From the human T2T-CHM13v2.0 reference genome, Homo sapiens: DNA of 64,000 nt. Positions 44,802 to 58,710 of the stretch are shown piece after piece; the first letter of the stretch is position 1, and the number at the start of each line of letters is the position of its first letter. Location of the stretch: assembly GCF_009914755.1 (NCBI RefSeq), contig NC_060936.1; one strand, written 5' to 3'. Both the position numbers and the translations under genes were made by a program. The notes beneath the pieces are model-generated. The model saw only the letters and a list, made by a program, of their open reading frames with translations. It did not search any database and was not told the origin of the DNA.

Positions 44802-45662
44802 CTGTTGGCAAAGAAAAATGGCCGTCAAGAGACCTGGAAATAATCAAAATATATGGATGCTGGTAATGCTGACAGTAATGCCTTAATTACTATTCTTTAT
44901 ATCCAAAGTCATTAAAATGTCGTGGTACTCTAATTGTACAAACTTTCTAAATAATTTTAAATACAGTCATGACTTATCCATCTCAACATATTTCAGGGAA
45001 CTGAATATTTTCTAATTTAATAGATTTTAAATTTCTGCTTTTAATTTTTTTCTTGCCATATCATTAAATCTGTAATCATAAAAACTAAAAAGAAATTATA
45101 ATCTTAGTTGAGCACATCACTTTTGAGACTTTTCATCACAATTAAGGACTTAGCAATTTTCTAACAGACAAGTAGCCCCTATTCCACCTTTTAAGTATCA
45201 GAATTAGAGTCAAAATTTAGCAAGATGCATTTTGGTTTATTTATTATTTTTTTGGTTTGTTGTTTGTTTTAATTTTCTCTTTCTTCAGATTATAGACAAT
45301 TAGACTCCAGAAAAACTGTGACAAACTATTTAGAGAATCCAACTCTATGCTAAAGGATTTGGCTTTTTTTTTCTTTTCCTATCTCAGAGCCCCCAAAATG
45401 TCGTGTAGCACCAATGACAGAAACTCTATTGAAGGGATTCTCAAAGTGGGTTATCACTCCTTCATAGCAAAGTGGCAAGCATGATTTGAAAAAACATTGC
45501 TTTCCCGGGTTCAAATGACTTCTGGAGGCATGCACCTCCCTGCTGCCTCTCTTCGGAATCAGTGCTCTGTGAAGGTCAGAGAATAAGTAGGTGGTGATGA
45601 GATGGAAAAGTGGAAAAGTGGGTAATTCATTTCAAGAACCTTTCTGGGTTTAAACACTTTGA

Positions 45663-46069
<407 letters not shown>

Positions 46070-46635
46070 AGTGGTCATTTCTGTACCTGGAAACTAAACC
46101 TATCTATGAACCCTTTTTAATCTCAGAAGTGACCGACCTAATACCAAATATTACAAGAAAGACATCTAAAATGAAGTATTCTGAAACAAACTTATATGAC
46201 ATCATGTGAGTTTAGAATACAATATATACTAAATCTCTTTCTTAAAGACTCACACACAAGCCTGTTAGAGGCTCTGAGAATTCTTTCAGTAAAGACACCT
46301 GTTTAACTTCATTTGAGCATTTCAAAACACATTTGACCATGAAAACTTATTAATATCTTGCTATGCCACAAAATATAGGTGAGAGAGTCTAACCTAGATG
46401 ATATGTGAATATTATAGTATTTTCAAAACCCCCTTGAAACACTGGGCAGTTTATATAAGGATGAATATACAGATATTTACAAATATGTTAATATATAAAA
46501 TGGCTAGTTAATTAGAGAAAAAGGTTTTAGGCATGCAAAAGTTAGTTGAAGAAAAGTGCCTTATTTTTGTTCATAGCATAGATTTCTCAGTTTTATTTGA
46601 TCCAGAAAAATATTTTAGCTGAACTCTTTATTCAC

Positions 46636-46709
46636 CTGACCAGCAGTGTCTAGTATCTCCATGGAAACAACTTCATCATCGATGGTTGCTTGGTGTCGGT
46701 AGGTTGATT
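46636..46709 (-). CDS. RERG: RERG internal coding exon (74 nt), encoding [25 protein letters not shown] (G3 box)
   Basis: cattcccttag|AATCAACC...GCTGGTCAG|gtgaat. Lies within ORF 46615..46899. DTAGQ motif. Phase 1/0. Confidence 0.97.
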
Positions 46710-46979
46710 CTAAGGGAATGAGCAAATAAAAAAGACAAAAAGATAAATAAATGCAAGATTTAATTTGATCCTTAAAACTGAAAATGGGCATGGGAGAAGT
46801 ATTCCTGATTTTACAGCATAAGGAACTGTGTAGTCTAGGAAAGAGAGGAGAGATGTGCAAAAATGTAGAATCTTCATTCTTAGCTCCTGGACATACCAAG
46901 TTCTAACATGGGTGTCACCGACTTTCAGAATGTAGAATAGGGGGAATCTCTTTGCATCTTTGCTACCCTATACTTTCCT

Positions 46980-47266
46980 TTTTTTTTTTTTTTTGACAGG
47001 GTCTAGCTCTGTTGCACAGGCTGGAGTGCAGTGGTGCAATATCAGCTCACTGAAACCCGGGTTTCAAGTGATTCTCTTGTCTCAGCCTCCCAAGTAGCTG
47101 GGATTACAGGTGCCTTCCACAACACCCAGCTAATTTTTGTATTTTTAGTGGAGACAAGGTTTCACCATGTTGGCCAGGCTGGACTTGAACTCCTGACCTT
47201 AAGTGATCCGCCTGCCTTGGCCTCCCAAAGTGCTGAGATTACAGGCCTCAGCCACCGTGCCTGGCC
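46980..47266 (-). mobile_element. AluS with a small internal deletion
   Basis: TSD ctatactttcct (46968-46979) / ctatcctttcct (47267-47278). Confidence 0.93.
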
Positions 47267-47949
47267 CTATCCTTTCCTCTGAAGATTCCATTTTATTTTT
47301 CTGAAAAGCCAGCTCCCTGGTGCTCTTTTCCTTCTATAATGAGACCTCAACAATGTAAATTGAGAAGGTGATTTTCACAAAATGCATTCTGCCTTGGTCC
47401 TTCTAAAAATCGAGTTTTTGGAAACTGCTGTTTCTAACAAGATAACATACCAACAGAAGCTACTAATTTCCTTTCAAACCTCAGCTCTGGAAATGTAAGA
47501 GATATTACCAGGAAGTGAATGGTTCTTGCCAAATGATGTAAAACTATGAGAAACTCTAGGGGTAGTAAAAGGTGGTCAGACCCCAGTACTGGCTGGTTGG
47601 TGAGGAACAGTAATCCAAAGTAGGGGAGGGCTGGGCAGCATGGAGGGGAGGTGGAACTATATGGAGTCCTCTTGCTTATGCTGCCTCTTCAAAGCAGAAA
47701 AATGGCAGATGCTCAGTACCAGCTGGAGGTTGGTGGATCAACAGCAGAGTGGTCACCAAGCTATGTGAGGGGAAGGAGAAGTTAGCAGGTGCAAGAAGAC
47801 TGGGTGGCCCTGAGTATGCCCCTCTTCACATAAAATGGAAACCACGGGTCAAAAATAAGTGCCAACTGGTGCTTCTCTGTATGAAAACTAGAACAACAGA
47901 AATAAAGAACCGAATGAATGAATGACTGACCTGATGAGAGTTAGGTTGA

Positions 47950-50400
47950 GGAACTCTCCCAGAAGTGTCAGTAAGTGTAAGTAAGTAAAACAAAGGAACA
48001 TGTAAAAGTAAAATTTAATAAAAGGTATGGATAATAGAACAAGAAATCTTAGTATCCTTTATAAAATGAGCCTCAAAGGAGAGAATAAAATACATAGAGG
48101 AGTGGAAATTATTGAGGTTGTAATGACTGAGAATTTCTCAACGTGAGGGAACAATGAAAGATTTAAGATCAAAGGAACTAGCAGGACGCATGAGGAAAAA
48201 GCTCTATATCTAAACCTATTATGACAAAATTTAAGGATATCAATGAGGAAGAAGTCTAAAGGGATTTAGAGAATAAAGCACATCACCTACAAAAAGATAT
48301 GACTCAGACTGATGTAGGACTTTTTGCCAGTGAAACTGAATTCAAGACGTCCATCAAAACAATAACACTACATCAACATCAATCCTGGCATTACAATTCT
48401 AGATGATTCTATCAGTATATCAGGGTGAAGATGGGGGAAAAGGCCAGAAGCAAGTTTATGTGAACTAATGTACTTGTCTGATTCCAGAAGATGTTATAAC
48501 TCTTAAAAATCTAGAAAAAGTGAACTAGGTATTCAACTCAATAAATTAGAAGAGAAGAAACAGAATAAATTCAAGACAATATAAGAAAAGAAATAAAAGA
48601 AAAAACATCATGAAAAAGAAAACAAAACCAAAGCATGGTGTTTGAAAAGATATAAAAAGAGGGCAGAGCTATAAAGATCTGACAATACTGCCATTAAATT
48701 AAGAGAGACAATGCAATTAAAACTTGGCATTAAAAGAAGAAATTGTACATTCTGCTGAAATAAAAATAAAATAATACGAAGTTTATAAGCAATAATTTCA
48801 AACTCATAAGTTCTGCAGAAAAATACAGTATCACTAGCATTCTTCTGTATCAGCAAAAGCCATGTAGGAAAGGTAAGAGAAAACAGGAAACTACTTCCAA
48901 TAGTAGTAAAATAAATAATATTTAGGAAGTAATAAAAATGAACAAAACCATTCAAAACCCTCCAAAAACAAAAACAAAAATTTTCTAGAATAGAAAATTT
49001 TAGAAGTTTGTAACAGAAAATGAAGACTTGAATACATAAGAAAATCCTAGGAAAATGGAGAAACAACATCTTTAAAAACATGTCAGTTTTCCACAAAATC
49101 AATCTAGAATTTAATGCAATTCAAATGAAATGTCCAGCTGGACTTTTTGAGATGCTCAAGAAACTTATTTAAAATTATATAATACTATATAACATTACTC
49201 CAAACAGTGTGGTACTAATATCAGAATGCACAAATTTACCAAGGCCTTAACAATAGACTCATATTTATATAGGAACTTAGTATATGACTGAGGTGGCACC
49301 ACAAGTCACTTAGGGAAATAATGAATGGTTCAATCAGTAGCATTTGGATTAGAACCAATAAGAAAAGAATTGGCCACTAAATGCACAAAATAAAGTTGGG
49401 CTTCTAGGGCATATATTAAAAGTAAATCTGGATGAATTAGAGATCTAAACTCATCTAGATTTGAAGAGTGAAACCTGAAGTTAAAAAAATTAAAAGTAAG
49501 AAAATATAAAAGCTCATGCACAGACCAAAAAAAATGAGATAAAAAATAAAAGGGTTGACTACATTAAAATTAAGAATTTTGTGCAATATTAAATAGGCTA
49601 AAGACTGGAGAACATATTTGAAACATGATAAGCAAAAAGTTGATTAATATCTAAAGTATGAAAGAAATTTTAGAAATTAAAAAGATAAGTGAACAGGAAA
49701 GAAATACGGCCAAAGTATACAAAGAAGAAATTCACATAGGAGGATGCCCAATTAGCAAAAACATATATCAAATGATGTTCTACCTGCTTACTTACCAGAG
49801 AGAAGCTTATAAGATGATTTTATGACCATAAGATTGGCAAAAATTATAAAGTTATAAAGCTAGGTAATATAATGCCTGACTAGGTTACAGGCAGCTTCTC
49901 TACACCGACAATGAGAGTGTAGACTGTGGTACATCATTTTGAAGAGCAATTCACTAGTGTTCGGTGTGGGCGTACCTTATGATTCAGCAATCTCCCTCTC
50001 AGGTACATGCACTAGAAAAAACCTGGTCCAGGTTCTTACAGCACTGGGTCTCAAAGTGTAGTGCCTGAACCAGTAACATCTGGCTCACCTAGGAACTTGT
50101 TAGAAATGCAAATTCTCAGGCTCCACCCCAGACCTATGGGCAATCTGTGTTCTCACAAGTCCCCCAGGTGATTACGGTGCATGCTAAAGTTTGAGAACCA
50201 CCAATTTAAAGGTATGTTTTCCCCAGTGATGTTAGCAGTAGCTCATATTAGAGGCAACTTAGGTGTTTATCATTGGGGAGATTAGTTAAATGTGGCATAG
50301 TAAAGAATACCGTGTAGAAGACTAGAAGTAAATATGGAAAAATGCATGGATCTTAAAAATACCAGATTTGGTTATAATGATTAGAAGTGTATATATATAA
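47950..50400 (+). mobile_element. Highly decayed L1M relic, antisense to RERG
   Basis: A-rich; ORF1/ORF2-like remnants (atcacctacaaa, tcactagcattct, tttaatgcaattc, tatgattcagcaat). Confidence 0.65.
50040..50203. mobile_element. MER5A
   Basis: tctcaaagtgtag...cttgttagaaatgcaaattctcaggctccaccccagacc...agtttgagaaccac. Confidence 0.88.
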
Positions 50401-50464
50401 ATATATAAAAGTTATTTAAATTTAAAATATATATACACAGAACACTATTTTTCCTAAGTAAATA

Positions 50465-50700
50465 TATAATAATAGCTAGCGCATACTGCTTCTATTTGAA
50501 CAACTGTTCTAAACACTTATGTTAACTCATTAATCCTCACAAATATCCAATGAAGTATATATTGCTATTAGCTCCATTTTACAAGAGGAAACTGAGCTGT
50601 AACAAGATTAAATAACTTGCCCAAGGTCACACAGATAATAAATGGTAGAGGCGAGATTTGAGTCAGGGAAGACCAGCTTTGGAGTTCAGGCTTGTAAATA
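50465..50700 (-). mobile_element. MIR
   Basis: ccattttacaagaggaaactgag...taacttgcccaaggtcacacag. Confidence 0.85.
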
Positions 50701-50905
50701 CCATGCTTAGTTTCAAACACATTAGACTCTGCACTTAAAGGAAAGAGGAAGGCAGTGGGTGTCAAAATAAGGGATGAAAGGGAAAAGAAAGAGGAATAAT
50801 ATAAGGCCTCCCACACACTAATAATAGCATAACACCATGAAACAGAGCGGTATGATTAATATGATTATTAACTCAATTCTTTGTACCCAAACTACCCAAA
50901 TCATT

Positions 50906-50932
50906 AACCAACCAACCAACCAACCAACCAAC
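50906..50932. repeat. (AACC)n microsatellite
   Basis: About 6 units read directly. Confidence 0.9.
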
Positions 50933-52959
50933 ACAATAAACTCAGAAGTTTCTGTTGTCATGGGGGTAGCCTGTAAGCCGGTGGTTTTGTAATTATTTTT
51001 TCTATCTACCTCATGTTTCTGACTTTCATTTCATCAACTATTTTGCAGTCCTTTTTTGACCGCTGTTTTCTGTTACTTTACTGTAAATATAATCTCCTGT
51101 CCAAAATACAAACTGTAGAATGCAGCTTCGCCAGCCATATCCTTGCCTTCTACTTTCATCAGTACTGTGTAGTGATCATTGCCATAAGCACGGCACATTG
51201 CTCAAGTATTTTCCAAAAAGTAAAATTTAAAAATTAGATTATGTTCAATATTTTAATAAGTGTATTTTATGTTATTGTCATTCTCCTAGAATATGTAATC
51301 TATACATGGTGTATGCACAGTGATTCGCAATTTCAGAATATTCCATCCCCCTACTCTTTTATGTTAAATTGGAGATTATAGTTTTGTATGATTTAATGCT
51401 CTAAAATACTATTTACAGCAGCCACTTGTCTCCAAGTGTTCTCCCAACGATTTTCTTTTTTCATCTTCAGTGCTGCAGCGTGAGGAAGAGCAGCCCATTC
51501 TGCATCACGCATGCTGGGGAGCCATGCCCTTTGGCTTCTCCCTCTGCTGTTCTTTAGTGTCCTTTGTACCGACTTCCCTTTTGAAAAGACTGGCATCAGC
51601 CCCAGAGACTGGAAAACAGAGTTCTGGGCTCTATTCCATCTCTTTGCACTAAAAGTTGTCTGAGAGACAGGGACATTTTTCTGTGTTGCTTCCATGATAA
51701 ATAGGGTATGTATTTCAATTACAGAATGCCACAGTAGGAGGGAAATGGAATATAATAAAAATTATATGAAGTTGTGTGATTCTTTGGCTATTTGTTAACT
51801 GAAACAAAAAGGATAAAATGCAGGAAATGAGAGAATGTCTGCCCCAGACATAGCAGCGTGTGGTAGCGTGATTTTGTCTAAGGTGAATACTGGGTTCATA
51901 CCATTTTAAGCATTTTTTTTTCTTTAAGCTTCTCTCTCTCATTAGAAGCCCATTTTCTCTACGTGTAAAACAATGGAAGTATTGCCCGAAAAGGTAAAGT
52001 GTTGTGCATCTACGTGCTAACTTTTCCAGAGTTAACTCTAAAAAAATGTACTAAGTAGTTTTTGAAATTAGACTCCACTATGCATCTTAATACATAAAAG
52101 AAAATGTGTATGTGTTTGTTTGGTGGATTTGCTTTTGATTTCGTTCATACTAAACAAAAATAATAAATTGAGCCTTTTTTGGTGAAGGGTGGGGGGATGA
52201 TTATTTAGGAGATAGTTCCAAATGAACCAAAATATAGTATACTGTAAGAAAAATATGAGTTTCAAAATGGAATGAGGCATTAAAAGTTACACTTCAATTT
52301 CACTGTGAGAGATGTATAATTTAAAATCTGCACTCACCAGTAGTTTAATAACTAGAAGTATATTTTATGTAGTCAAAGAGGAGTTGGTGCTCAAAGGGAT
52401 ATTGCATGTGGTTAATCTTTGTACTGATTTAGCTTTTTTTTTTTTTTTTTGCGAATTTCAACACTTTAGTATGGACACTTAGCCAGCACAGTAACAGCAG
52501 CAGTTAGTTATGTTGATTTATGCCAGAATGGAAATTGTACTGAGTTGAGTTCTATTCCTAGTCTAACCACAACTGGACATGTAATTTTGATTAAATTTAC
52601 TTCTTGGTACCTGTTTCCTTATTTGTCAAATGACAATCTCTAAGCTCCTTGCAGTGCCAATATTAAATAATTAAATAATTCTATGAGTTGGCTAAGCACT
52701 TCTGCTTTAGAATCTGGTTAAGATAATTTGTTCTGGGTGTATCTATTTTCGTATGAACGATTCCAAGCAGCAGGAGTTGTAAGGCAGGCAAGAAGAACCA
52801 ATCACAGAACCAAAGAACTAGTGGGTCTAACGTCTCCTCATTCCCATCCTCATCTGCTTAGAAAACTAAGCAGATTCAAACACAGTGCCTCCAAGGTAAC
52901 AGTCGCAGTAGTGATAGAGGCTGAAATACAGTCTCTCTCTTCCTCTCCAAATGCCTCCA

Positions 52960-52998
52960 TCACACACGCGTGCGCGCACACACACACACACACACACA
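52960..52998. repeat. (CA)n microsatellite with a CG-containing core
   Basis: cacacacgcgtgcgcgcacacacacacacacacacaca: continuous purine/pyrimidine alternation. Confidence 0.92.
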
Positions 52999-53807
52999 GT
53001 CACAGGCACACACATTCTAAGCCTCTATCTGTATTCTCTGTGGTGACCAGCATTCTTAGAGGGTAATATGACTCTTGGAGATAGGGATTCAATTCTTGGT
53101 TGGGATCCATTCAGGACATGGATCCTGTTGTTCTACAATCAGATAATTGCTGCCACCACCATCAGGGGGTTTTCATGGTTAGATGGTCCAACTCGCACAT
53201 CTTATGAGCTTCAGTGGTGGTTTTCAAATGTGGTTCATAGACATCCGTGTGCTGGCCACCCACAAAGATTTCACCGATCCACAGTATAATAAGGAAAATT
53301 AAAACAAAGCTAAAATTGTTCAATGTAAGGAACTGATTTTTTTTACATTGTATCCTTCGAAACACTCGGATGTTAAAGCAATTTCTTTCTTTTATGAAGT
53401 GCAAGTGGAGCGTAGGTTTAGTTCCCCCTCCCCCGTTTCCTTCCCTTGCCTGCATCCCTAATTGAATTATTAGGATAGGCTTTCTCCATAAAAATCAAAT
53501 TTAAAAAAGTGAGTCTGAAACCGAAAAGTTTAGGAGTCACTTGCTACTATAGCAGCAAGCATTTTCTTCGTTGAATTATTTCAAAGCAGTAAATATTCTA
53601 ATTGAGTTAATATGTAGAATGATGTTCATAGTCTTCAGCTTCTCGTGGAGTAACAATTCTGTTCCAGGTTTAAAAAAAAACTGCCCCATGTTTCTCAGGA
53701 AAGCACTGACTTCAGAATTCAAGACTGCTTCTTGTATATAAGCTACTTGGCTTTTTAATGTAGTTATCTCTTTTGGTGGTGGTTTTGAAACTTTTAGTCA
53801 AAGTAGC

Positions 53808-54213
53808 TGATATAGTTTGGATCTGTGTCTCCACCCAAATCTCATGTTCATTTGTCATCCCAAATGTTAGAGGTGGGGCCTGGTGGGAGGGGATTGGAGC
53901 ATGAGGTGGTTTCTCATGGTTTAACACCTTCCTTCGTGGTGCTGTCATCACAATAGTGAGTTCTAGTGGGATCTGGTTGTTTTAAAGTGTCTGGCATGCC
54001 CCCCCCACCCTCAGTCATGGTCATGCCACGTAAGATGCCTGCTCCCACTTTCCCTTCTGCCGTGAGTAAAATCTCCTTGAGGCCTCCCCAGAAGCCAATG
54101 CTTCCACGCTTCCTGTACAGCCTGCAGAACCATGAGCCAATTAAACCTCTTTTCTTTATAAACTACTCAGTCTCAGGTATTTCTTTATAGCATTGTGAGA
54201 ATGGACTAATGCA
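53808..54213 (+). mobile_element. MST (MSTA/B) solo LTR, antisense to RERG
   Basis: tgatatagtttggatctgtgtc...gaatggactaatgca; perfect 5-bp TSD gtagc. Confidence 0.93.
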
Positions 54214-54899
54214 GTAGCCATGTATTCAACAAAGAATCCTGTCTTCCCCAAGGTAGTATGAAGTTAAACTCAGGAAATGCTAATTTCCCTTGAATCAAAT
54301 GGATGGAGAACCCCTCTATGCTGGAACAAAAGTGACCTCTTGCACACACATATAGACACACAAATCCAGCCTCCAGTGTGAGAGAATTAATGAAGCCCTC
54401 ACCTGGGAATGAGTCATGTATCCATTACTCCTGAAGTCTGATGAAAGTGCTTGTTGCTTAGCAGCTGCCATCCTCTTTGAGAAGTACTGTACAAGGTCAC
54501 TCAATACAGTTTCATTATTCTTACTGAAGGAAGCCTGCACTATACATAACTGATGCAGGCAGATTACTATTAATAGCAGTTTTTTTTTCAGATGAATAAA
54601 ACAAAAGGGAAAATGGTTAAACTAAGACTAATTAAGAATAATAAGATTAGGTACTGGAACACATTCAGGGAGAGTTCATTTTATGAGACCATTTTTTATA
54701 AGCTTCATCTTTCATTGAGATATATGGATACAGCAATAAAAAATTTGTATTTTTAAAATTAAACTCCCATTAATCATTAAGATTCTCAGATAATCTATGT
54801 AAAACTTATGTAAGTAATAAAAATATAAGAGAAGAATAAGTATTCACTTTGGTGGGTAAAATAATAAAGAATAATTTTTTAAAAAAATCGGGTGCATTT

Positions 54900-55490
54900 T
54901 TAGATCCAAATATATCATCTTAAAATTAGTGTGGCTACATTTAAAAATATGTTGAAAAATTTGGATGTGAAAACTCTGACCTATTTAAAAGCAAAAACAG
55001 AAGAATAAATAATAAATGTAGAAACATGCTATTCTCCTAGATTAAAAGGTGGAATAACATAAAGATGTGGATCTTCTCAAAGTAATTTATAGTTCTAGTA
55101 CAATTCTAATCAAAATCATGTCATATTATTACAGAGTTTCTAAACTTGATCTGGAAAAATCAACTGAACAGAGTAGCCAAAATAATTCTGTAAAAAAGTA
55201 ATGAGGAAAGACGTTCTCTACAAAGTATCAAAATGTTCTGTACAGCATACAATTAACGAAAAAGTGTGCTGCTTCTGTTTGGTGTGAAAAGCAAATCTAG
55301 AATGGTGTCCTGGTGTAAACAATTCAACATATGAAAAGATTGCATTGGAAGTAGTGGAGAAAGGTAGAGAGTATTTAATAAATAACAGGAGGAAAATTGG
55401 TCAACGATTTAGACAAAAATGTTGGGTTTTCACCTTGTACTTCTTACTAAAATAAATTTCAGAACTATTAGTCAAATACTAAGTAAACCA
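54900..55490 (+). mobile_element. Decayed L1M ORF2 fragment
   Basis: taatttatag...caattctaatcaaaatc...gtagccaaaataattctg...aaaataaatttcaga. Confidence 0.6.
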
Positions 55491-55499
55491 TAAGATCAT

Positions 55500-55710
55500 T
55501 CTCTATTCCCTTCCTTATTGTTTTCCTTCACAGAACTTATCGCTATCTCACATATATTTGCTTGTTTATTGACTCTTCTCTCTTTCCTAGACTGTGCACT
55601 CAAAAAAGCCAAGGCCTTCTCTTTCTGTATACTGATTTATCTTTAGCACCCAGAACACTTTGACACACAGAAGGCGCTTGATAAACATTTGTAGAATGAA
55701 TGAATAAAAA
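55500..55710 (+). mobile_element. L2 3' end
   Basis: ctagactgtg...tttagcacccagaaca...ataaacatttgtagaatgaatgaat. Confidence 0.75.
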
Positions 55711-56351
55711 CAATGAAAGAAGTCTTTATCCCTTTTAAACTGAAAATCTTGGAGTGACAAAAATAAAACAAAACAAAGAAATTAAAAAAAAAAACCAGGA
55801 AGAGTGTTTGCCTACATTTTATACATCAACATTATTACTATTTTTAAGATCCACAGACATCATATTTTGCTGCTTCTTCTCTCCTTCTCTCTCTGTAACA
55901 GGCTTTAGTCAGATGTATTGGAGAGAAGAAAAGAGAGAAACATATTTTATTTTTCCCTAAAATCCATATTCAGTAGTTTTATTTTTCTGTTACTCTTCTC
56001 AGGATACCATTCTATTACGCACCAAATTTTCCATGTCCGTTTTATCCTCTCTCTCCCATTAGAATGATACTGCATTTTTCTTATGTGAGGGAAGTGTGTT
56101 GTACCCACTTCCTTTCCTCATGGCTGAGGCTTGACCTAATTTCTTCATCTATGCATTAAAATCCTGCAGGGTTCTAAGCACAGACAGCATGAAACACACA
56201 TCTAGCCTCATAGAGGGCTTCTTTGCATGATTTGAAAAGCACTTCCACATCAGCTAAAAGGAGCTTAAAAATGTTGCAACAGAAAATATTATTCTTTCTT
56301 TGGGGCCATAAGTTTTTATTGAAGAGGAGAAGGAAACAAAATTTGACCTAC

Positions 56352-56408
56352 CGAGGGTGGGATCATATTCCCAGATGAACCGTTTGGTCAGAAATCTCAC
56401 TACAAGAG
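56352..56408 (-). CDS. RERG: RERG internal coding exon (57 nt), encoding (A)LVVRFLTKRFIWEYDPTL(E), the alpha1/switch I (G2) region; missed by the ORF track
   Basis: Reverse complement reads ttttcttccacag|CTCTTGTAGTGAGATTTCTGACCAAACGGTTCATCTGGGAATATGATCCCACCCTCG|gtaggt. Canonical AG/GT, phase 1/1. Ras effector-loop motif YDPT. Splices in frame to the next exon (G+AA=Glu). Confidence 0.96.
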
Positions 56409-56964
56409 CTGTGGAAGAAAAGAGCAACATTTCAAAAAATAATTTGTTAATTTGCTTAGCACACCTATCTTTTTAAGGAAAGCGAAATGCTCCACACAAC
56501 CCTATAAATGCTTTATATTTCCTTGATATATAAAACAAATAAATTTTTTTATGTTTATTCAAGTAATTTTCCAATTTCATATTATGGCCAAAAAACCATT
56601 GTAATATTTGAATGGGTTTATTGTGCATTAGTCAACAATTAGATTTGTTGCTTTAGTCACAAGGTTAAAAACAAAACAAACAAAAGTATAATGTGAAAAT
56701 GCTTATATATAAAATTTTTAGTAAAATGATGAATTTAGATATAAAAGGTCAAAATACAGGTATCCGAAGTTTGAATATTGATAAGGATTGGCAAAGGCAA
56801 GTTTGAAATGTGATAATTTTTAGTGTAATGAAAGCTCACTAGCAGGTCATTTGCATTTTAAAAAAGTAGATATTCAAAATTAAGGATTTTTATTAGAGAT
56901 CTGTGAAAACTCATCAAAAGTAGCACTGATAGAATACAGTCAGAGTCAGGTTCTGGAACGATGC

Positions 56965-57150
56965 TACGCAGTTTGCTTGCATGATCTCCTCAATCCTCAC
57001 GTCATCTTTATGAGGCAGGTACGATGTTAATTCCCATTTTTCAGATGAGGAAACTGAGGCACTGTGGGGTTAACTCATTTAATTAAGCTTATCTAGTTAG
57101 TTAGTGGCCTGCTAAGGATCTGAATCCAGGAAGTCTGTAACTTATCCATT
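56965..57150 (-). mobile_element. MIR
   Basis: cccatttttcagatgaggaaactgaggc. Confidence 0.85.
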
Positions 57151-58030
57151 GTATCAAACTGAATTTAAGTCCTAGGCCATCTGGATAATATTTAACTGGA
57201 AGATGGGCTGGAGAAAAGCATGGAAATATGTGGACTCTATTGTCCTTATAAATTGATAAGACATATGCCAAACATTTTCTTACACTTGTAGTATAGTTGA
57301 AAACAGTGGTTTTAAATTAAAAAAAAAAAAATTGGAGCGGGATGTCACAGGCACTTAAAAAATGGAATGAAAGCATTGGATCCTTTTCCTGAAAAAATAT
57401 ACATACACACATTTGGCATATAATTTAGCAGGCTCATGAGCCCTCCATAGACCCCTGATGGCCTCCCAGGGATCCCACTGACCTTAATGAAAGATTCATT
57501 GTCTATCATATTTTACAGTTTTAAAATACCCATTATAATGTGTATTTTTATTTTTACTGAAATGCCCTGAATGTAGCAGCCAAAGGATACTCCTTGAAGA
57601 AATAAAACTAGTTAGTGGAAGGTCACTGTCAGTCTTTGCCTAGTCTCACTTTTAGGAAAAACAGAGGTATAACCTTCCTCCTGTAAAGTTTTATATGGGA
57701 GATGGCAGTGTAAATTGCATGAGGACTTCGCAAAACAGAGCACAACGTGGCTTCTTCACCAGGGGCCGGAGATGGAAACTACCAATGTTCTTTGTAATTA
57801 CAGAGTGTGAGGCTGAATTCGAGCCAAAATATTTGCAGTGCCTAAAGTAGCAAGGCCACTGACCCTGTAATACTTCCCACAGTGACTGTACTTGTGGTTT
57901 TATCTGCAGTCTTCAGAGTCTGTCATTGTCATTCTCTTGAGACTGAAACTTTTATTTTTACATACAGGATGCAGTAAGCAGTAAACATATTTTTTCTTTT
58001 GTACAATTAGCAACATTAATAAACACCTAA

Positions 58031-58387
<357 letters not shown>

Positions 58388-58710
58388 AGACTATGTAGTT
58401 TTAACACTAAAGGCTGCAACCTAGAAAACTTAATTATCTGCCATGATGAAAAAATGAGCTTAATTTTTTACATGAGCGAAGTTTACAGTTCTTCAATTCC
58501 AAAACCATTTAAATTTGAATCATTTCTCAAAATCTTTAAAAAATGTATTAGACAGTCCATCAGCTTTCAAAACCAAGTATACTGAACATAATTGAATCAT
58601 TTGTAAATGCCTGGATGTCAGTTAAGAACCTTGGTTAGTGCCTGTGCAGTTATGCAGCAATACTTTCTGAAGCTGTAGAGTGGAAGAGGCAAAAGAACTC
58701 TAGAGTGCTA

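Noticed and set aside
44798-44807. Possible NAGNAG tandem acceptor at the last exon
   Set aside because: The sequence is CAACAG|GAA, so there is only one AG at a 3-nt spacing.
44802-44828. N-terminal extension MTAIFLCQQ of the 144-aa ORF, and the upstream part of ORF 46615..46899
   Set aside because: Intronic polypyrimidine/acceptor sequence that is open by chance. The true exon boundaries are 44801 and 46709.
48608-49102. 164-aa hydrophobic minus-strand ORF within the RERG intron
   Set aside because: Antisense of an A-rich decayed L1. The composition explains the F/L/I bias, and the start codon is non-ATG.
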